From Pseudomonadota bacterium (lineage in GTDB: Bacteria > Bdellovibrionota > Bdellovibrionia > Bdellovibrionales > Bdellovibrionaceae): a DNA stretch of 64,000 nucleotides. Both the position numbers and the translations under genes were made by a program. The notes beneath the pieces were generated by a model. The model was not told the DNA's origin, ran no database searches, and worked only from the letters and a program-made list of their open reading frames with translations. Positions 58,795 to 64,000 of this stretch are shown here, one piece after another. Position 1 is the stretch's first letter, and the number at the start of each line of letters is the position of its first letter. Where the stretch lies: positions 1-64,000 of the forward strand of contig JBEGVH010000009.1 of assembly GCA_041178425.1 (NCBI GenBank), in the 5' to 3' direction.

Positions 58795-60444
58795 TTACCC
58801 TTTACTATCGAATTCTAAAGATGGCGCAAACTTTACAACTTTAGTTTGACGAACCACGCGGGCAACCCCCACTCGATTCCCACCCTGACCCATGACTGTG
58901 GTCAAAGCCTGAAGCGATCCCTTCAATAGAGACTCTGGCGACGTCGCTAACTGAGGGTAAGCACTCACTCCAATGCTCACGGTAATGGCACCAGAGACTG
59001 GGGGAATGTCTACGCTCTCGAAAGCTTGCCGAATTCGTTCTGCCAAAATTGTAGCTTCTTGTGGCTTGAGATTGTTCGCAAGTAAAGTAAATTCGTTGAG
59101 CGCCGTACGATAAAAACCATCGCCAGATCGCGTAAATTTCTTGCCCGTCACAGCGAGAGCACGAATCACACTATTCACCGCCGTAGGACCGTATTTTTCT
59201 TCGATGTAATGAAGACGATCAATACTAATTCTCAAAATCGCCAAACCCATTTGGTTTCTTTGCAAGTGATCGATCCGATCATTCAGCACTTCGTGAAAAT
59301 CTTCGAAGGAATGGATGTGCTCCAAAACACCTTCGAGTTCTAGCTCCATTTGCTTTTTCAAAAAGGTGAATCGCTCGAAACTGACACGAAAGAGAGCAAA
59401 GCGGTTATTAAAATGGATGGTGTTAAACGGGTCTAAGGTATCGCCAAAAAAGACAAAAAGGCCATCCACGTCTTCTCGAACCATCAGAGGTTTCACATAA
59501 CAATCTTCAACCTTAAAAACATCTTGGAGTAGCTTGTTCAAACTACCGAAACCCCGTGGGGAGACCAGCAAATTCTGAGCCTCTAAAATTTCTTGGCTCG
59601 ACAAACGCACACCCGCCCCTTTTATAAGTTCTACGGGAATGCCACAACCATGGGTCGCAACTAACAGCTGAACCGGCTCTAAATACTTAAAGTAAAGAAC
59701 CTTGGCACCTTGTGAGCAATAATCTTCTAAGGAATGAAAGAAGACTTGTAACAGATCTTCTCGGTTTCGCGTATTTTCATACAACGTAAGTAAATTAGCG
59801 ATATCATCTTCAGCAGTGGACGTTGCTGGGGTGGGATTCGCGGTCTCCTCACCAGACAACAAAAAGATTGAATCACTCTCTTGTTCTTGCTTTTTAATGG
59901 CTTCAGACTCAACAAAGCCTTCGAGCATTGCTGCTGATCGCGCATCAATGAGCGGTTGATTCTCTTCAACTTCTCGAACTCGTGCCCTTAAAAGATCCGT
60001 TTGTTTTTTAAGTTCCTCAGAGTCTTGAACCAAATTTTTATTGAACAGTTTTAAAACCACTCGTTCAAGCGCATTATCAATAGACCACTCCACAAGACCA
60101 ACAAGGTGATCTTCTTGAGAGAGGTAATCAAGAACGCCGTAATCTCGATATTCACCAAACTTGTAACGAGAGAACGCCGAACCGATTAAAATAAAATGGG
60201 TTTGATTGGCAATTTCGAGGCATTCTGCCAAAAAATCATCAATCGCCCCAACAACCAGAGAAAGATCTACGATCACCAAGTGACTTGGACTTTTCTTAAA
60301 CTCCTCAAAAAATCGATCGGTGTTGGTCGAATGAAAAAGGCTGTGCCCTTTTTCCCGAAGATGAACCTTGATTTCTTGATAATCTTCTGAAAAAGGAACC
60401 AAAAAGTGCAAATCAAACTGTGATCGGTACTGGGTTAAATCCAC
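58795..60444 (-). CDS. Degenerate GGDEF-domain protein (CdgA-like c-di-GMP receptor candidate)
   Basis: N-terminal REC-like region; C-terminal GGDEF fold (AERIR, TVSIGVSAYP, GGNRV) with the active site reading ALNEF and an upstream RSGD I-site. Confidence 0.75.
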   Translation of the reverse strand: MDLTQYRSQFDLHFLVPFSEDYQEIKVHLREKGHSLFHSTNTDRFFEEFKKSPSHLVIVDLSLVVGAIDDFLAECLEIANQTHFILIGSAFSRYKFGEYRDYGVLDYLSQEDHLVGLVEWSIDNALERVVLKLFNKNLVQDSEELKKQTDLLRARVREVEENQPLIDARSAAMLEGFVESEAIKKQEQESDSIFLLSGEETANPTPATSTAEDDIANLLTLYENTRNREDLLQVFFHSLEDYCSQGAKVLYFKYLEPVQLLVATHGCGIPVELIKGAGVRLSSQEILEAQNLLVSPRGFGSLNKLLQDVFKVEDCYVKPLMVREDVDGLFVFFGDTLDPFNTIHFNNRFALFRVSFERFTFLKKQMELELEGVLEHIHSFEDFHEVLNDRIDHLQRNQMGLAILRISIDRLHYIEEKYGPTAVNSVIRALAVTGKKFTRSGDGFYRTALNEFTLLANNLKPQEATILAERIRQAFESVDIPPVSGAITVSIGVSAYPQLATSPESLLKGSLQALTTVMGQGGNRVGVARVVRQTKVVKFAPSLEFDSKG

Positions 60445-62690
60445 TATAACCTCTCCTCCGGTCTGGGAATCTGTACTTTCATACTAGCAAGAGGTTCTTC
60501 TTTTTTCTTCAATCTTTTTACAGGACTAGAGGAAGGTGCAGACTCCACACTACGAATCACTTCTTGGGCGATCTGCTCAGCTCGACTTAAATCTTGAGAG
60601 GAGGAGCTCGTGGGCTTCGATTCGCTAAAACCAATGCGTCCAAACTGAAAATCGCCATCAGCATCATCTTCGTCATCAAAAAGCTCCATGGCGTTTGAAG
60701 AAGAACTACCAGAGAGAGCATCATCATTTCGCAGAGAGCTTGGAAACAGCGGACTTGTTGGTATAGCCAGCTCTTCTGTGTTTGTGGCACTCACCGCGCC
60801 CGTGCCAATCGGTGTCGTTAAAGGAGACATCTCAGGCTCCTCGAAAGCAGCAATCGCGAGAGCCTCCATACTTGGTGTCTTTAATTCACGAAGGGGGCGC
60901 GCCGTTTGGGAGCGATCACTGAGACTTTGCGCGATTTCCTGACTCATGGGAATCTTCAGGGTGATGCAAGTGCCTTCTCCCATTCGCGACTTTACTTGCA
61001 CGTCGGCCTTGTGCTGGCGAAACACACCAGCGGCCATGGCAAGTCCCAGTCCACGATGATCAATCGTTGATCGCGTTGTAAAAAAGGGCTCAAAAACTTT
61101 TTGAATATTCTCAGGAAGGATTCCTTCCCCAGTGTCTTCAATTTCAAGAACAATAGAACCATTTTGCGACCGAGCTCGCAGAGTCAGGTTTTTTCGAAGA
61201 TTCTTTTCCATTGCTTCGACGCTATTTCTTAGCACGGCTCCTAGCGCGGCTTTAAACTCATCGACATCACACTTGATATTGAGATCGGGTTGAATCTCGC
61301 GAATAATCTTAACGCCTCCTCGAAGAAAGGCGCCCTCAACGCTTCTGAGGGCTGATTCAACCAATTCAAAAAGAGGAATCGTTACTGAGGGCACTTGAGC
61401 TTGGCCGCTGTACTGCCCGATACGATCAAGAACATCTCGAGCGTTTCGAACTTCGGTTTCGATGGCTTGTAAGGATCCGCCCTGCGGATTTAACCGGGCA
61501 ATTTGAACATGACCAAGAACCGAAAGAAGCGGGGCTTTCAAGGCGGCTACCACTTTTTCTAAAACACGCAACGAAACCTGCGGTTCAGGAAGCTCCGTCC
61601 CCACCGATGTGGGAGAGTTGAACATCGAAAAGGGCCGCTGCGGAAGCGACGGAACTGGGGACGGAGCTCCTTTGGGCTGCTCCGCAATCACACCATTTTC
61701 AAACCCCACTTTTCTAGATTCAAACACTGGTTTTTCAACAACTTTTTCTACGACTCGTTCAACAATTCGCTCCACCGGCACTTCACGAATGACCACTTCT
61801 GGCTGTCCCAATTTTTGCAAAAGATGCTGAGCCAACCCACCACCCAGCAGGGACAGAGCCAAAATAATCAACAAACCTTGGCCATAAAACATCCAATCCG
61901 TCGTCACCCAAAGGTCTTTTCTCCACTGGCTCACGAGAATGAGCTTCGATGCCGGAATTTTAACAAAGAACGACAGAATATCCTCACCTCGGACATCCTT
62001 TGTTTTAATAGAACCAAAAAGATTCTTATCTTGTCGGATGAGATCATAAGACTTGTCACCGATCATCGAATTACCCAGGTATTCAGACACCGTATGCGCC
62101 AAGGTTAAGCCAGAGTCAGTTGTTAAAAAGGCATGAATCCCCTGGGACTTTAAGCGATCCACTAGATCTTGAAACATTCCTTGAGGCAAAATACCAACAA
62201 GACGAACGTTACTGACCTGGCCTGATCGTCGATCTTTCACTTTTGCCGGTATCGTTAAACTAGACCGAATTTCGCCCTCTGCCACTTGGCTGGCATAGTA
62301 CCCAACGCCTCCACCCTCGAGACCTTGGGTATTGAGCTTTTTCGCCCAAGCTTGTGAGAACTCGTCTTTCAATAAGCCATGGGTTTGTACTTTCCATAGA
62401 AAGTTTAACGAATGACTATCCATCGCTCCCACGGCTAAAAAAGGAGCCAAGGCTTTTTGAGCTTCTTCAAAAAGCCCAGCCTCCATCAAGGTGGCCACTC
62501 GACCCAACTGATTTTTCATTTTTTCTAAATCAGTACTTAACAAATCGCTCATTAAATCGAGTTGGCTTCGAGAATTTTCGGTTAACCAGTGAATACTGAC
62601 TTCTTTTTCTCGACGAACAAAAAGAATAATAGACAAGAGACCCGTCAACAAGATCGTCGCGACGAAAACACCTATAATTTGTTTCTTCAT
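60444..62690 (-). CDS. Membrane sensor kinase-like protein (Cache-like periplasmic domain, HATPase) lacking the canonical phospho-His
   Basis: Two TM helices; H-box reads VAALKAPL; intact N box, DTGEG, FEPFFT and GLGL; acidic C-terminal tail. Confidence 0.75.
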   Translation of the reverse strand: MKKQIIGVFVATILLTGLLSIILFVRREKEVSIHWLTENSRSQLDLMSDLLSTDLEKMKNQLGRVATLMEAGLFEEAQKALAPFLAVGAMDSHSLNFLWKVQTHGLLKDEFSQAWAKKLNTQGLEGGGVGYYASQVAEGEIRSSLTIPAKVKDRRSGQVSNVRLVGILPQGMFQDLVDRLKSQGIHAFLTTDSGLTLAHTVSEYLGNSMIGDKSYDLIRQDKNLFGSIKTKDVRGEDILSFFVKIPASKLILVSQWRKDLWVTTDWMFYGQGLLIILALSLLGGGLAQHLLQKLGQPEVVIREVPVERIVERVVEKVVEKPVFESRKVGFENGVIAEQPKGAPSPVPSLPQRPFSMFNSPTSVGTELPEPQVSLRVLEKVVAALKAPLLSVLGHVQIARLNPQGGSLQAIETEVRNARDVLDRIGQYSGQAQVPSVTIPLFELVESALRSVEGAFLRGGVKIIREIQPDLNIKCDVDEFKAALGAVLRNSVEAMEKNLRKNLTLRARSQNGSIVLEIEDTGEGILPENIQKVFEPFFTTRSTIDHRGLGLAMAAGVFRQHKADVQVKSRMGEGTCITLKIPMSQEIAQSLSDRSQTARPLRELKTPSMEALAIAAFEEPEMSPLTTPIGTGAVSATNTEELAIPTSPLFPSSLRNDDALSGSSSSNAMELFDDEDDADGDFQFGRIGFSESKPTSSSSQDLSRAEQIAQEVIRSVESAPSSSPVKRLKKKEEPLASMKVQIPRPEERL

Positions 62691-62795
62691 CCGTGATTCC
62701 CTCAAAGGTAATTAACATCTTGCATCAATGCAAAATGAGGCTATCTAAAAGTATTGTTCCTGACGAAAGCCTAAGAATCAAGTATATTGGCGCTC

Positions 62796-64000
62796 ATGAA
62801 AACACATCGTTCTGATTTTTTGGTTATTGGCTCCGGTCTCGCAGGCTTATCCTTTGCGCTTAAGGTCGCCGACCATGGAAAAGTGAATCTCCTTTCGAAA
62901 ACACAACTTCCCGATACCAATTCCTCGATGGCCCAAGGAGGAATTGCCGCCGTGATGGGGCAAGATGATTCATTTGAAAGCCACGTTCGCGATACCCATA
63001 TTGCCGGAGCGGGACTGTGTCGAGATGAAGTGGTAAGAAATTTTGTTTCACAGGGACCGGCACGAATCCAAGACCTTCTCTCCTGGGGCGTTGAATTTGA
63101 CAAAGACCTCACACGCGAAGGCGGACATAGCTTTAGGCGCATTCTTCACCACGAAGATCAAACAGGAATGGCCATCCATAAACGTCTTCTTGAATTAGCC
63201 AAAGCCCATCCGAACATAGAAATATTTGAACACCACTTTGCCATAGACCTGATTCTCAATAAAAAAATTTGGCCCTACCAAATGGGACCGTTGTACTGCC
63301 TCGGTACTTACGCCCTTGAAACACAAACAAATGATGTGGCTAGTTTTTTAAGCCCGCACACGGTTCTTGCCACCGGAGGCGCTGGTAAATCTTATTTGTA
63401 TACATCGAATTGGGAAGGCGCCACCGGAGATGGGGTCGCTATGGCCTACCGAGCTGGGGCCCGAGTGGCCAACATGGAATTCATGCAATTCCACCCTACC
63501 TGCCTTTATCACCCAGAGGCGCGTAACTTCCTTTTAACTGAAGCTTTGCGTGGGGAAGGCGGAGAACTAATCAATAATAAGGGCGAAGCCTTTATGAAAA
63601 AGCAACACCCACTAGGAAGCCTTGCTCCGAGAGATATCGTTGCTCGAGGAATTGATGCCGAAATTAAACGATCCGGAGCCGAGTGCGTTTACCTCGATCT
63701 TCGCCACCACAAAAGGGAATTCCTACAACAGCGTTTTCCGATGATCTTTCAAAAGTGTCTCGACTACGGATGGGACATGAGTCAGACGCCAATCCCCGTA
63801 GTACCGGCTGCACACTTTCTTTGTGGAGGTGTGCTCACGGATCTAAATGGGCAAACCGACATCAACGGCCTTTGGGCCCTGGGAGAAAACGCCTGTACCG
63901 GCTTTCATGGAGCGAATCGGTTGGCGAGCAACTCACTTCTAGAATGTTTAACTACCGCCCACAATGCCTCCGAAAGTATCAAAGCCAATTCGGCAAAGTT
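62796..64000 (+). CDS. nadB: L-aspartate oxidase; runs off the right edge
   Basis: Read by hand: VIGSGLAG, SSMAQGGIA, REGGHS, QFHPT, TEALRGEG, LAPRDIVAR, HGANRLASNSLLE. Confidence 0.93.
   Translation, partial: MKTHRSDFLVIGSGLAGLSFALKVADHGKVNLLSKTQLPDTNSSMAQGGIAAVMGQDDSFESHVRDTHIAGAGLCRDEVVRNFVSQGPARIQDLLSWGVEFDKDLTREGGHSFRRILHHEDQTGMAIHKRLLELAKAHPNIEIFEHHFAIDLILNKKIWPYQMGPLYCLGTYALETQTNDVASFLSPHTVLATGGAGKSYLYTSNWEGATGDGVAMAYRAGARVANMEFMQFHPTCLYHPEARNFLLTEALRGEGGELINNKGEAFMKKQHPLGSLAPRDIVARGIDAEIKRSGAECVYLDLRHHKREFLQQRFPMIFQKCLDYGWDMSQTPIPVVPAAHFLCGGVLTDLNGQTDINGLWALGENACTGFHGANRLASNSLLECLTTAHNASESIKANSAK

Overview
This is a chromosomal segment of a Bdellovibrionota-like (predatory) bacterium. 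The assignment is inferred from gene content: a Glt-type gliding cluster, a giant S74-chaperone fibre adhesin, a degenerate GGDEF gene beside alr-mlaEFD, and delta-60 lipoproteins. Housekeeping genes are rpsA, cmk, hisC, ilvA, ssb, glmS, glmU, alr and a partial nadB. The window also has a gltF/gltG/beta-barrel/TPR cluster, T2SS gspG-N without gspCDEF, an Mla system and a ~14 kb surface-adhesin block (FN3 lipoprotein, 3080-aa fibre, RAYT-like HUH transposase, Cys-repeat lipoprotein). Four signals are not explained by these features. (1) A 12-14 nt motif, (G)AGCTCCGTCCCC(A), occurs 7 times inside three unrelated genes in four reading frames, once as an intragenic inverted pair, and resembles the hairpin just upstream of the RAYT gene. 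(2) A candidate type I toxin-antitoxin locus has an exactly duplicated 32-bp SD/terminator cassette. (3) Several genes look leaderless. (4) There are unexplained structured intergenic elements. I saw no rRNA, tRNA or CRISPR array.
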